In this document: one piece after another, positions 23,301 through 34,650 of the stretch
Layout of the letters: each line of letters opens with the position of its first letter
How positions within the stretch are numbered: the stretch's first letter is position 1
Source: Hypanus sabinus
Taxonomy: Eukaryota
Direction of reading: 5' to 3'
Assembly: GCF_030144855.1 (NCBI RefSeq)
Contig: NC_082715.1
Span: forward strand, 145,886,001-145,950,000
Length of the DNA stretch: 64,000 bases
Notes under the pieces: generated by a model
The model's database searches: none
Told to the model about the DNA's origin: nothing
What the model saw: the letters and a program-made list of their open reading frames with translations, nothing else
Made by a program: the position numbers and the translations under genes

Positions 23301-26300
23301 TACAATGTCAATTATCTCCATGCCTGAGGTGTGCAAACTGTGTACTAACTGGCAACCCGGTCTCTTTAACTGTTCCATGCTGGCATAAAGAGTGCCAATG
23401 GGCTGGAAATGTACTATACAATTGTAGGTCCTTCCGGCTATGGGTGATGAGCAAATAGTGTCAGAGATTTCCAGTTGTGTACTTTAAACATGAATCTGGA
23501 TCATCTGCTTATCTGATAGTTCTCTTTGTCCGACATTGTCTAAGTTCATGGTTTATATTTTCTCTTTGTGTAGGTGGATTTTGATGCCCCATTGGGTTAC
23601 AAAGAGCCTGAAAGGCATTACCAGCCTGAAGACACCTCGGTAGGGAATATATTAACTACAAACGTTTGTAATTCTTAGGCAGTATGTTACGGACAATATA
23701 GAATTGTATATCTGTCAGATATGAAAAGGGTTTTGAAGTAACTTTTACCCATATTATTCCTGTCAGAAACGTGAATAATTGAGTACAAAACTCTAGGCTG
23801 ATCTCTCTCTGTTTGTCGGAGGTGTTACTTCGTGGATAGATAATTACGTCTCGGGACCCATCAGTTTTCTTGATGTTTTTTTAAAAAAAATATGGCACTT
23901 TTTCAAAAAAAAAGTGCAGAGCAGAGTGTCATATTGTGTAGCTCCACATAAAGTTATCTTTTCCTTTACAACCTGATTTTTGCATTTAGACTTACTTGTC
24001 ACATGTACATCGGAACATGTGGTGCAGTGTGTTGGTTGCACGGAGAACCAATGCAACCTAGGTTGTGTGCTTTGCGCAACCCACAATTGTAGCCACACAA
24101 TTCGGTACCAACAATGTTCAGCAGAACAATGTGGAACACAACAAGCAACAAAACAACAACAACAAAACAATCCCCTTTCCTCCCTCCCTCCCCACACACA
24201 CAGACGGGCTTCCAGCCTCCATTCTCCAGGCTTTCGTTTGGTTTTTATCTTGTTTTCATTTTGTTAAGTGATCTTTCAAAACCAGCTAACTGGAATTCAA
24301 AACTGAAACAAGATTCCTTTTAAAAAAAGATAAACAAACCTTATCGATCACTTAGGTTTTTGATTACTTACTGCGATGGAAGTCATGTGATTTAAAAAAA
24401 ATAGACATTTGGATTTTGATTCATCTCCTGTATTATAATCATTAAATAGCACCATAACTTTAACATGCCTGTTTTGTTTTTGACTGTATTTCCATTGTCT
24501 GATAATATATGGATAATCCTGTTTCTAGGATCTTGAAGCTGATCACACTGCCTTTGTGCCAATTGACTTGGGGTTCCGGGTAAGTACAGTAGAAAATGAA
24601 ACACTTTGTGTTCTGCAATGGATTAGCTGGGAATTCTAGTTTTGTTGTAGAGAACTCTGCTAAGCTTGGTGCTTTTCTATTTGCAGTGCCTATACAATAT
24701 GTTTTGAGCATCAAATGCAGATCTTGTTCTATTCTTGCCATTACATACATATGAATTTGGAGCAGGAACAGACCATTCTGGCTGGCAGAGCAGGTGGAGC
24801 ATGAGATGCTTGATCTGCAGGTCGCATGGGGTGTAACTTTCTTTGGGTGACAGAGCTAGTAGAACCACTACCTCACAATGCCAGAGAACTGGGTGCTGTC
24901 TGTGAGGGTCTCCTCCAGGTGCTTTGGTTTCCTCCCACATCCCAAAGACCTGCAGATTGGTAGGTTAATTTCCCTGGTGTAGATCAGCAATATAATCTTT
25001 TGGGTGAAGCGGAGTTGACAAGAATGTTGGGAGAACAAAACAAAGTGGGATTAATGTTGGAATAGTGATTTTTTTTATAAAAATTGTATAAAAGAGATGA
25101 TCGATGGTCATAGGCCAAGTGTAAACTCAATGCATCTTGTATTCCATTTGGGTGGCCTGCAGCCCAATGGAGTGAACACTGAAATTCCAGTTTCACAGAA
25201 CCCAGTCCACACTTGTTGCTTTCCCATTCCCATCAGTCCAGCCAGCGTTTCTGTATATGTTCACCTTTCCCATCACCACCCCCTTACCTGGATCCACCTA
25301 ACATGCACTAGCTCCTGTCCTGACTGTCCCAGTACCAACTTTCCTTTACACTCACTACCCCCCCCCCCCCCCCGTACTGATGCATGATGCAGAGACTCAA
25401 CCCAAATTGCTGAAGCATCTCTTGCCCCAAACTGATGCTGCTTGACTGCTGAGTTCTACCAGTAATAATTTCATAGAAATGGATACACTTTTGACAAATT
25501 ATATTAATGTGCAAATTCTTGCCCCCTCTCCTGACCCCGTACCCAATCCTGAGAGTAGGAAGGCTAACAAATTTTGGAATATCATCATTATGTGCCATGT
25601 CATTTGATGTAGGCATTCGTGGTCTTCCATCTTTCTTTAATTTGAGAAGTTCTCATAAGCTCTTAAACTTCTGCCTGCCATCCGTTGATCTAACTCATGA
25701 ATGTAATGTGACGTTGACTGCGACTTTTTCTTCCATCACATTTTCATGTCACTGCAAGATGTTCGAGCTTCTCTTTCCTCAGTACATATCCCAAAACTCC
25801 CAGTTGTTGTTTCCTGATTTGATTACAACTGTATAAACTTCACCTGACTGATAAATTCATTTACTGCACTCCCATCAATGAAGAAGCTATGTGTATCCAT
25901 ACCAAGACTGCTAGGCCCAAAAACAGTTACCTCCCCCATGCTGTCAGGCTGATTAATACCTCCATCCATTAACCCCTGCCTACCCCTAGCATTACAACCA
26001 CATTGGCCTCTCAGCACCCTTCATTCCCCCCCCCCCACCCCCATGCACTGCCACTTTAAGCTTACACTTCACATTTCATACCTACACTGACACAGTTGCT
26101 GTCCACTGTTTTCATCTGCCCTGCTGCTGCCTAGAACAGTTCTTCTTGACCAGAGTCACTTGTCACTATCATTTCCTGTCAGTCACCTTGTATACGGATA
26201 CTCCTGCATCTCGTCACTCTGTGAATATACGGCCACACTCAGCAGTCGGATTGCTTTTATATTTATTATGTTTTTATGCTTACTTTTTAAAGCTGCATCA

Positions 26301-29300
26301 GATCTGGATTAGCAATCATTTTGTTCTCCTTTACATTCATGTACTTAAGAATGACAAGAAATAATCTTGAATCTTAAAATAAAATTATCAAAATCCTCAG
26401 AATGAATAGCAGAATGTTCATTTATTGCTGAACTGGTAAAGCGTCCCTTGTTTCTCCTGAACTTGCTGGTCATGTCTGATGTCACTTCGATCCAGTTTTA
26501 AAACCAGACAACAGATTTGATGAGAATTAGCAGGCTCATACAGTCACACATTGCCCTGGTTTTGTCTTCTCAGCCATTCACTGGTGCTGGCAACCGACTA
26601 GATGGAAAAAAGAAAGGAGTTGATCCCAGTCCAGCACAAATCAACCCTGAAGATATTAAAAGGTGAACGTCTGAAAACAAACTGGGGTTGGACATGATCA
26701 ACTGTTGGATGTCTGTGTCATGGATGGCTGTCCTTGGTATTTTCATGAGTGTATCAAAGTAGTCATTCTCCATCTTTTGAGTCCTTCTGGTTTAACAGGA
26801 TCCACTCCACTAACTTGAGTTTTCAACTATCTTTTTTTTTGGTGTCCATTTATTTTATCACTGCAAGCATGTTTTGTTAGGACTTCTAATAGTGATCAGA
26901 GATAGTGATATGATCAAGGGGTTAAGAGGGGACAAAGCATCTTACAAGGAAAGATGGCCCATAGATATTTCATTCATTGTATAAGACATTGGGCTTGGCA
27001 GAAGTTTCTCCAGAAGTCAGATATAATTTTACCAGTTGATTTGTTGGGGGGGAAAAATGGCATGGTGATTGTAGTACTGATGCTTATTCACGGCTTTGAT
27101 TGGATGCTAAACTTAATTATTTTCACATTGCATCACCAATCTTTTTTTTTGAAACTATGTATAATTGTTAGATATTTATCGTCATAAGACCATGAAAATT
27201 GGAGGGGCTCAGATAAGAGGAGAAAGATTAAAAATATTTCCTCATTAATGAAGAAAAAGTAAGGCTCATTTCAACATAAAGGCAATTATGCTGATCTTCC
27301 TGTTCTTGTTGCTTTGTGTACCCAGTGTGTTTGAGATGGGTGGATAACCTATTATCAAACCATTACTGATGCAGCCATTGACTTTTGGATAACTAAGATC
27401 GAGAAATTTGAGCCAAAGATTTTCTGTCTTTTACATTTTGCTGTGTGTTGATTTTTCTCTGTGCATGGGTTGTGATTGAAATTTTGAAATTCTAAAAGAT
27501 AATGCACATATACTATATATCAGAACTTGCATTCCAAGTGATATTTTCATGACTGCACTGAAAGCTGATGAAATTTTTGTAGCGTATTTATACTAATACA
27601 ATGTAGGGAATGACTGCATGATAGATAGGTTGCCAATGTTGCAAAAACAAAGGCGCTGGTTACTACAGGAGGAATGAAGACAGGCTAACTCCTATTGACA
27701 TCAATGGATCTGGGGTTGAGAGGGTGAACAGTTTTAAGTTCCTCGGTGTACACATCACCGAGGATCTCATGTGGGGTGTACATACCGGCTGTGTGGTGAA
27801 AAAGACATGACATCGTTTGGTATGGGCCTCCCAATCCAAGAACTTTATAGAGGCAAGACTAAAAGCATCCTGACTGGCTGCATCACTGCCTCTTATGGGA
27901 ATTGTACTTCCCTCAATCGCAGGACTCAGGACAGCCCAGCGCATCTGTAGATGTGAACTTCCCATTGTTCAGGACAGGTGTGTAAAAAGGGCCCGAAGGA
28001 TCATTGGGGACCCGAGTCACCCCAACCACAAACTGCTCCAGCTGCTACCATTCAGGAAACAGTACTACAGCGTAAAAGCCAGGACCAACCAGCTCCGGGA
28101 CAGCTTCTTTCACCAGGCCATCAGACTGTTTAATTCACGCTGATACAACTGTATTTCTGTTATATTGACTGTTCTGTTGTACATACTATTTATTATTGCA
28201 AATTACTATAACTTGCACATTTAGACAGAGACGTAATGTAAAGATTTTTACTCATGTATATGAAGGATGTAAGTAATAGTTAATTCAATTAACCATAATG
28301 CTACAAGACATAGGAGCAGAATTAGTCCATTTGCCCATTGAATTTATTTACCTGTTTTAGTGTAAATGAAAATGCACAATGTTGGATATAGTCAACTGGG
28401 AGGTGAATGAGAAATGATTAACAGCGCAGTTTAATGATCTTTTGGCAGGTGATCAGTTCTTGCACTTTGTTGGTGTCGACAACTTTCTGACAGATAACAG
28501 TGCCTAATTATACTTTGTGTCCAAGTATTTACAGTACAAATATATTTTTTAAAAAGCTGAAGATTTTGTATTCATAATTGCAGGACTGTGTCAGCTGTAA
28601 CTGCAGACTAACTTTTATTTTTGCCATTGATCAAACAGAGGAATTCCAAACTATGAGTTCAAAATAGGAAAAATTACTTTCATCCGGAATTCACGGCCAC
28701 AGCCAAAACAAGTAGAAGAGGTGAGTGAATGTTGTATGTAAATGATCGTTGTGTTGGTTTGTAATGGTTCTGTATCTAAATGTTTAACAATGGAGCTGCT
28801 CTTGCTAATAGAAGGTGCACTTTGTGCTCCTGCTGGAAATCTGATGCGAATTTTAAAAGGATATTGATCATGTATTCTATTGGAATTCTTTCTACTGAAC
28901 TGAGCCACAAGGTGTCAGTGGGACTGGGTTTGCTAGCTCACCTTGGCCAAACAGCTTCACTTGTATGCGCTGTGAAATTTGAAATCAAGAAGAGGAATGG
29001 TGCTGCTGTGAAATGTGAACTCAGATACTCATTCTGCAAATGGAGTACCTCTATTAGCTGCAGAATTAGGTGGTTCTTTTATGTTCTTTGGCATCCCTGA
29101 CCTTGTGTAAAATAAATGCATTAACAAGGCTGTAGTTCTGAATTCTACATCTAAAAGTTCAGTTAGTTGTTCAATATTATGAAGTCCATGTGCTGGATAC
29201 TAGGGGAGTGGAATGGGAGGGTAAAAACCTTGAAACTCGAGATATGGCTGAGCCAGGGTTTCGGGCCGAGACCCTTCATCAGGACACTTGGTCGACAGCG

Positions 29301-30644
29301 CTTCTCCCTATAGACGCTGCCTGGCCTGCTGCATTCCGCCAGCATTTTGTGTGTGTTGTTTGATTTTTGAGATGTTTGCCAGGCAAGGAAACCTAAATCC
29401 GATCCAACTTAAATGCAAGATCATTTTAATTCCCTGATCATTGGTGCAGCCAGGTAGATGGAGGGCAGGGCAGGTTTTCCACATAGGGAGAGTTAATTGG
29501 GGGAGAGAGTTGGTTGAGTCAGAGTAGGAGGTGATGTGGATTGGATCTTGTTATAGGAAGATTGATTGCAAAAGGATTGGACATATTCAATGTAGCTCTG
29601 GTGGCCAAAATTCCTTCTTCCACAAGCAGTCCTGTGAAGGTATTTAACTTTTGGCTCTGGCCTTTCAACTCCCCCTTCAGTTGCTGGATTTTTTGAGATC
29701 GTAAAAACCCAGTGTAGGTGCAGATGGAGGTGGACGGCAACCTGGCCCATGGCCTGAGGAGTAAAACTTCTCACCTACTTTCACACCAAGTGTACAAGTT
29801 GCGACAAGGTTGACCATTATAATAATGAGCTGTCTGATGTTTATTTCAACTTTCCACCCATCCTTGTGGATTCAGATTACTGCTTGTTATCTGCAGATTG
29901 AGGCCAACCACTTTGATTCACACACAAATATGATTAGGTTTTCACCGAGCAGCATTAACCTCATGCGATGAAACAAGAAATTCTAAAAAGACCGGGCAGT
30001 TCTAGTGGAGAGTAAGAGAGACTGGAAATCGAGCTCTGTTTACTTTTCCAATCTTCACAGATACTGTCTGATCTTTTTCAATATTTAAAGCATTTGCTGT
30101 ATTTTGTTTAAGATTTCCAGCATTTGCAGTAATATCAATGTGTTTGTAATCTGCACTGTTTTGCCATTTCATCCATATGAAAATTGTGCAAATTGTACAT
30201 GAATATATGAAATTTTTCAATTCAGACTTGAAGATTAAAGCTTTACAAAGTGATCACTTTTATTAAGTTGATGGAAGAATTAACACGTGTGAGTTCACTG
30301 CTTTCTGTAGATCCTGTTGTCTGAGAACTTGTACAGTTTTATCTGAGTTTATTAAACAAAAACATTGCTCAATATCTTCACTCATCACAGCAGTTGACTT
30401 GTTGATTGCTAATTCTTCCTGTAATTACTTGGATTACTTTAAAGCAGTCATGGGCCACACTCCAGCATGGCAATCTTGTGCGCTATTTCTCTTTGGGGAA
30501 GTGCTTAGCTTTGACTGTGAAGCAAGGCTGAATTGTGTTAAATTTTCACAATCATTTGTATTTGTGCAGGACTCTGGAACTAGCAGGTTCATTGCGTTCT
30601 CTGGAGAAGGACAGTCTCTGCGCAAGAAAGGAAGGAAGCCTTAA
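8392..30644 (+). CDS. UFD1: UFD1 (ubiquitin recognition factor in ERAD, p97/VCP adaptor), 12 coding exons, 307 aa
   Basis: join(8392-8394,10272-10401,11515-11547,12270-12391,14622-14752,16636-16708,17290-17358,23574-23639,24529-24579,26574-26662,28639-28720,30570-30644) = 924 nt; all GT-AG, phases compatible; MFAFNMFDQ...[10 protein letters not shown]...THCGVLEF...[15 protein letters not shown]. Confidence 0.97.
10272..10401 (+). CDS. UFD1: UFD1 exon 2
   Basis: [43 protein letters not shown]; ag/gtaagt. Confidence 0.95.
11515..11547 (+). CDS. UFD1: UFD1 exon 3
   Basis: [11 protein letters not shown]; ag/gtaagt. Confidence 0.95.
11680..12140 (-). mobile_element. Degenerate Penelope-derived repeat
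   Basis: Same family head, a decayed hammerhead at 11746-11780 and a purine-rich body. Confidence 0.55.
12270..12391 (+). CDS. UFD1: UFD1 exon 4
   Basis: [41 protein letters not shown]. Confidence 0.96.
12432..12720. repeat. Interspersed repeat family (other copies near 7770-7870, 23980-24230, 60200-60355, 63775-64000)
   Basis: Shared core ...ggatgtgctgggggcagcc(c/t)gcaagtgt...cacaatt...cagaacaacac. Confidence 0.6.
13436..13700 (+). mobile_element. tRNA-derived SINE (related copies near 24850-25060, 41428-41700, 43465-43650, 58470-58670)
   Basis: A-box TGCGTAGTGG, B-box GGTTCAATTCC, core GGTTTCCTCCCACATGCCAA. Confidence 0.65.
13800..13879. mobile_element. Short hAT-like MITE
   Basis: Imperfect TIRs CAGGAGTTTCCAAC ... 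GATTGCGAACCCTG; TSD not convincing. Confidence 0.4.
14622..14752 (+). CDS. UFD1: UFD1 exon 5
   Basis: [44 protein letters not shown]. Confidence 0.96.
14753..16635 (+). other. U12-type (minor spliceosome) GT-AG intron, UFD1 intron 5
   Basis: 5' splice site GTATCCTT; branch sequence TCCTTAAT at 16617-16624 close to the AG; no polypyrimidine tract. Confidence 0.88.
15549..16432 (-). mobile_element. Rex1/Babar-like LINE 3' fragment with (CTGT)n tail
   Basis: ORF 15848-16183 [18 protein letters not shown]...[17 protein letters not shown]; GACA repeats at 15550-15565. Confidence 0.88.
16636..16708 (+). CDS. UFD1: UFD1 exon 6
   Basis: [24 protein letters not shown]. Confidence 0.96.
17290..17358 (+). 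CDS. UFD1: UFD1 exon 7
   Basis: [23 protein letters not shown]. Confidence 0.96.
17893..19322 (-). mobile_element. CR1-type LINE 3' portion (RT to 3' end)
   Basis: ORFs 18870-19325, 18205-18777 (ADDTKVGG...[13 protein letters not shown]) and 17945-18190. Confidence 0.92.
19370..20731 (-). mobile_element. Tigger/pogo-family DNA transposon, internally deleted
   Basis: TA-flanked imperfect TIRs CAGGTTTCCCCCG.../...CGGGACACCTG; N-terminal CENP-B/psq HTH ([20 protein letters not shown]) and C-terminal QSSILSFFK; no DDE core seen. Confidence 0.85.
21724..23031 (+). mobile_element. Tc1-derived non-autonomous element (host of the solo LTR)
   Basis: Terminal motif ...TTATTAGGTACA at both ends; internal transposase-like remnant [11 protein letters not shown]...SISER...[11 protein letters not shown]. 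Confidence 0.6.
21975..22781 (-). mobile_element. Solo LTR (Gypsy/ERV-like), about 807 bp
   Basis: TGTTAC...GTAACA termini; 4-bp TSD GCAA/GCAG; AATAAA on minus near 22058. Confidence 0.8.
23574..23639 (+). CDS. UFD1: UFD1 exon 8
   Basis: [22 protein letters not shown]. Confidence 0.95.
24529..24579 (+). CDS. UFD1: UFD1 exon 9
   Basis: [17 protein letters not shown]; ag/gtaagt. Confidence 0.92.
25859..26375 (+). mobile_element. Rex1-like LINE 3' end
   Basis: Shares the ...ccagGCTGTCAGGCTGATTAA-type 3' coding end with other copies. Confidence 0.5.
26574..26662 (+). CDS. UFD1: UFD1 exon 10 (SHP box 1)
   Basis: [29 protein letters not shown]. Confidence 0.95.
27640..28290 (+). mobile_element. 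Rex1-like LINE 3' fragment
   Basis: [17 protein letters not shown]; [20 protein letters not shown]...[11 protein letters not shown]. Confidence 0.8.
28639..28720 (+). CDS. UFD1: UFD1 exon 11
   Basis: [27 protein letters not shown]. Confidence 0.95.
29258..29362. mobile_element. Young Penelope-derived short repeat with internal inversion
   Basis: Minus-strand CTGATGAAGGGTCTCGGCCCGAAAC joined to plus-strand GTCGACAGCGCTTCTCC...GCATTTTGTGTGTG. Confidence 0.7.
30570..30644 (+). CDS. UFD1: UFD1 exon 12 (SHP box 2, basic tail, stop)
   Basis: [24 protein letters not shown]. Confidence 0.96.
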   Translation, partial: DSGTSRFIAFSGEGQSLRKKGRKP

Positions 30645-31218
30645 GCTGCTGAGCACTGTAACGGCAGGAGAATGGCCTTTTCCATTTGAGGAAGTGGCAA
30701 GAATGCACAGGAACTGGAAAGGACTGATTCACTACGTATTTTTAACAAAATCATTCATGGTTCTCTAATGGAATCCTTTGCACTATCTCTCTTACAGACT
30801 GGCTTTCACTCTTGTGTGTCTAGCTTTAATGGACAGTTGATTTTGACTGAAGTGACTGGTTTAAGAATGGAATTCTACACGGCAGGCCATTGCTGAATTA
30901 TCTTTAGGTGTGTTTACAAATGTCACCTTGCTCTGTATGTATATAATCTTCCTTTAGTAAACCTGTTTTCTGACATTTCAGGATTGCTAGTTTTCTGATT
31001 CCATGCAATAAGTTGTCCTATTTAGCTAGCAGTCACTTAATTTACTGAAGTCTCAGTTTATAACTCTCCAGTTGAGCATTAATCAAGATAAAATATAAGA
31101 ACAATCTCGGGGAAAAGCCAAGTATGCAAAACTAACGCCAAAATCTTGTGCAGAAGGGCAGTAACGTTCTCCAAGTAAAGTTGTTGCTTCGAGGATGGTG
31201 AAATTTTCAATTCTGATT

Positions 31219-31749
31219 ATTAAAGACATTACAGCTTAGGAAGATCACTTTTATTAAGCTGATGTAATGGAAGAATTAACACTTGTGTTACTGAATTGAG
31301 GCTGTGCAGTTCATATTTCCTATTTCCATTTATCATACCATGGGGCTATCATGAGGAAGAGGATACTTCCAAGAAATGAAATGTCCAGGAGCTATTTGCT
31401 TTCTTGTTGAATTTAAAATGTTTATTTTTTGAGTACTCATTCAATGTGCATATGAATGCAAAAATTTTGGAATTCAATATGCTCAACCCTAAGAATCTGC
31501 TTCATTTGGGCTGTATTCTGATCATTCTTGTACATATGCCTTTTCCTCTCTGAATTTAATGTCCATTCAATTTGCACTAATTCCTTCCATTTGGGTAAAA
31601 AGAGTTTACCTGTAGCATTAGCATCAAATTTCCCATCTCTTCTCCCCATTGTTCTATCACCTAATCTGATTTGTTTTTAAAAAAAAAATTCACTCGAGTT
31701 TTCACAGAGCCTTATTGACCTTCATTCAATTGATGCTCTAGGGAATAAA
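31219..31749 (+). terminator. Candidate UFD1 polyadenylation signals
   Basis: ATTAAA 31219-31224 and AATAAA 31744-31749; which is used cannot be determined. Confidence 0.4.
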
Positions 31750-32261
31750 TATTTAATGGATTTTTAAAAAATGAAAGGAAACTAAAGACACTGGAATTTG
31801 GAACAAAAAAATATGCTGGAAGAATTCAAGGCAAGAGGTTGGGTCAGGATCCACCATCAGGACTGAGACAAAGTTAAGTTTGCCGATCTGTTCTAACACA
31901 AAATGGGGTAGGACGGTGGTTCTTTAGAACAAGATAGATGAGGGAGGGGATGGATGATACGCAGATTGTTGGGGGGAGGATGGTAAGGGGGATGGGAAAC
32001 ATGAATCAAGGGAGAAGAAAACCAGCTGGCCTGTATGAGTTATTGGGAGGATAAAGATTGTTATCTCTTCACTAATTTCTCTGGAATTTCTGTTAAAAAT
32101 GCCAAAGGACAGTGCCTGGGCATCAGCTTTACAGTGATTTGGCTTTCTGAAGTTCTTTGAAACCTTGCATCATCTCCGGTTCCTTTTGCTATATTTGTGT
32201 GGACATTGCTTCAAACTGTAGAGGCAATACTCAGAGCTAAATCTGACCTTGATTTGTTACT

Positions 32262-32294
32262 CCCTACCCTACCCTACCCTACCCTACCCTACCC
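32262..32294. repeat. (CCCTA)n pentanucleotide microsatellite
   Basis: About 6.5 perfect units. Confidence 0.95.
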
Positions 32295-33064
32295 ATTGTT
32301 ATTGATGGGCACTGCATTCAATCCAGCACAACTAAATCCTGTGATTCAACATGATGCAATGTTGAGGATGGGACAGGGAAATAGCACCAAAGCAACCAAA
32401 AGTATAACAACTTCAAATCACTATGCACATCAGGATTTGCTCCATCTTCTGTTGCTTAAACAATTGATGTATAAGATCACGGTGCGGTGTGTTTCATTAA
32501 GTCGAGTGTGTTTAGAAATTGTGCGCAAATATCAGCTGACACTGCAATACTTGAACTTGCTGTGATGCACTGAACATTGAGGCCTGGAAAATATTTTTTA
32601 GATTGGTACCAGAGAAGATGGATGAAAGTATTATGGAAAGATTGGAGAAGCTGATGTTATCAAAGTCAAAGTAAATTTATTATTGAAATGCATACAAGTC
32701 ACCATATACTACCTTGTGAATCATTTTCTTGCAAGGGTTTATAGGAAAATAAAGGAGCAATAGAATTTATGAAAACTATACATAAAGACTGACCTCATTC
32801 AAATGGATTTAAAATTTCCAGCTGTAGTTTTGCCAATTGACAGGCGAACACAAATTTACAATAGCTGAAGATCGTTTATTTCATTCAGTTGTTTTGACTG
32901 GACACTAAAGGTCCTCTCCCCAAACACATGCAACCATCAAATGTTTCTCCAGAGGGATTACTGAAATATCATTGCATACTTCAGTGTTAAAGACACTCCA
33001 GTAGATGGTTCAATTAATCTCCCTGGACAGACATGCAAAATGGGGCCAGAGGGATTTGAGTGCA

Positions 33065-34650
33065 CATGAATCATAGATTTGTACAGCAGAGAAGTGGCCC
33101 TTTTGGACTATCTTGTCCACATTTTACCTGTCTGAGGTCTCTATGCTTCTACTCCTTTCCTATCCAAATACCTTTGAAATATTGTAACTGCCACTACCAT
33201 ATTCTGCGGCAGCTCGTTCCAGATAACCACACCCTCCATGTGGAAAAACTTGCCCTTCTGAATCCTTTCAAATTTTTTTCCCCTCTATAAATCTCTGTTC
33301 TAGTTCCATTCTTCCCTGCACTGAGAAAAAGACCATCTATCCTATCTCTGCTGCTCGTAACTCTATAAAGTAATCCATCAGGCTCCTGATTGATGGCTTT
33401 GTATAAATAAGAATTATTTCAGAAAGGTACTTTCAAGGAAACCTTGAGGAGAAAACTGTTAAATTAGAGACCTCAGCAAGTCAGCTTATGAGTATCTAGT
33501 TGATAAATACCCTAACTCCATTTTCTTCCAATAATTTTGTGAGTACGTCTCAAACAAACCAAGAACTGGAGCAGCTTAGGATGAAAGGAATACATAGTTC
33601 ATAGTATAGAAGCTAGCCCTTCAGCCCACTACAACCATGATGTCCACCCATACTAATTACGTTGCCTGCATTAATTCCACATCCCTCTGTTCCTTACTTA
33701 TTTAAATACCTCATCACCTGCCTCTGTTATTACTCCCTCTCTCTTCACCACCCCTTCTAACTGCTCTTTCTGGAGATCAACCAACCGCACCCCTCCCCCC
33801 CCCCCGCCCAAACTCCCTTTAAGCCTATGTCCTCTCGCTATAAGCATTCCTACCATGGGAAAGCCACGACACATGAACCACAGGAAACTGATTTTGAATA
33901 CTGTATCCCCATCTCCATTTGCTCCAGTGAAAACGATCACAATCTATCCAGTCTCTCCTTCCAGCTCGAACTCTCTGATCCAGGCAACATCATTGGAAAT
34001 CTTTTCTGTACCCTCATTAGCTTAATCGCATCTTTCCTGAACCCCAGCCAACATTTTGTAAAACACAATGTCCTGGCCCTTGTACTCTATGCCTTGGCCA
34101 ATAAAGGCGAGAGTGCTATACTCTGCCCTCGCAATCCTGTCTATACTGTTCCCATCTCAATGGAACAATGCAATTGTATCTCGAAGTCTCACTGTTCAAC
34201 AGCACTACCCAGGGTCCTGCCATTCACTCTGTATATCCTACCGTGGTTTAATTTCCCAAATTCCATCGGCCATTCCCTTTGCTACTTTCCCAGTTGATGT
34301 ATACCTTCTTGAAATATTTGACAAACTTCGTTCAGGGTCCACTGTACCACCAACTTGGTATCACCTGCAGGTTTATTAATTATGTCACCTACATTCACAT
34401 CCAAATCATTAATACCTATGACAAAGAACAGTAGATCCAGCAACAGTCCCTGCTGCACACCACAGGTCATAGGCCTCCACTCTGAAAAACAATCTTGCAC
34501 TTCCACCCTCTGAAGTCAATTTTGTGTCCATTTGGCTAGCTCGCCCCGGAGTCTGTGTTCTAACCTTCTGGACAGTTTACATGTGGAACCTTGTTAAATG
34601 CCTTGTTCCAAGTCTAGGCAGACAACGTCAATGTTCTGCCCTGGTTAATC
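33065..34650 (-). mobile_element. Degenerate CR1-type LINE fragments
   Basis: ORF 34282-34506 FSEWRPMTCGVQQGLLL...INDLDVNVG; CR1-type 3' ends. Confidence 0.7.

Noticed and set aside
32197-32565. 122-aa ORF between UFD1 and the FKBP8-like gene as a possible C22orf39/MRPL40 exon
   Set aside because: No similarity recognised, includes the microsatellite translation, and has no convincing splice sites
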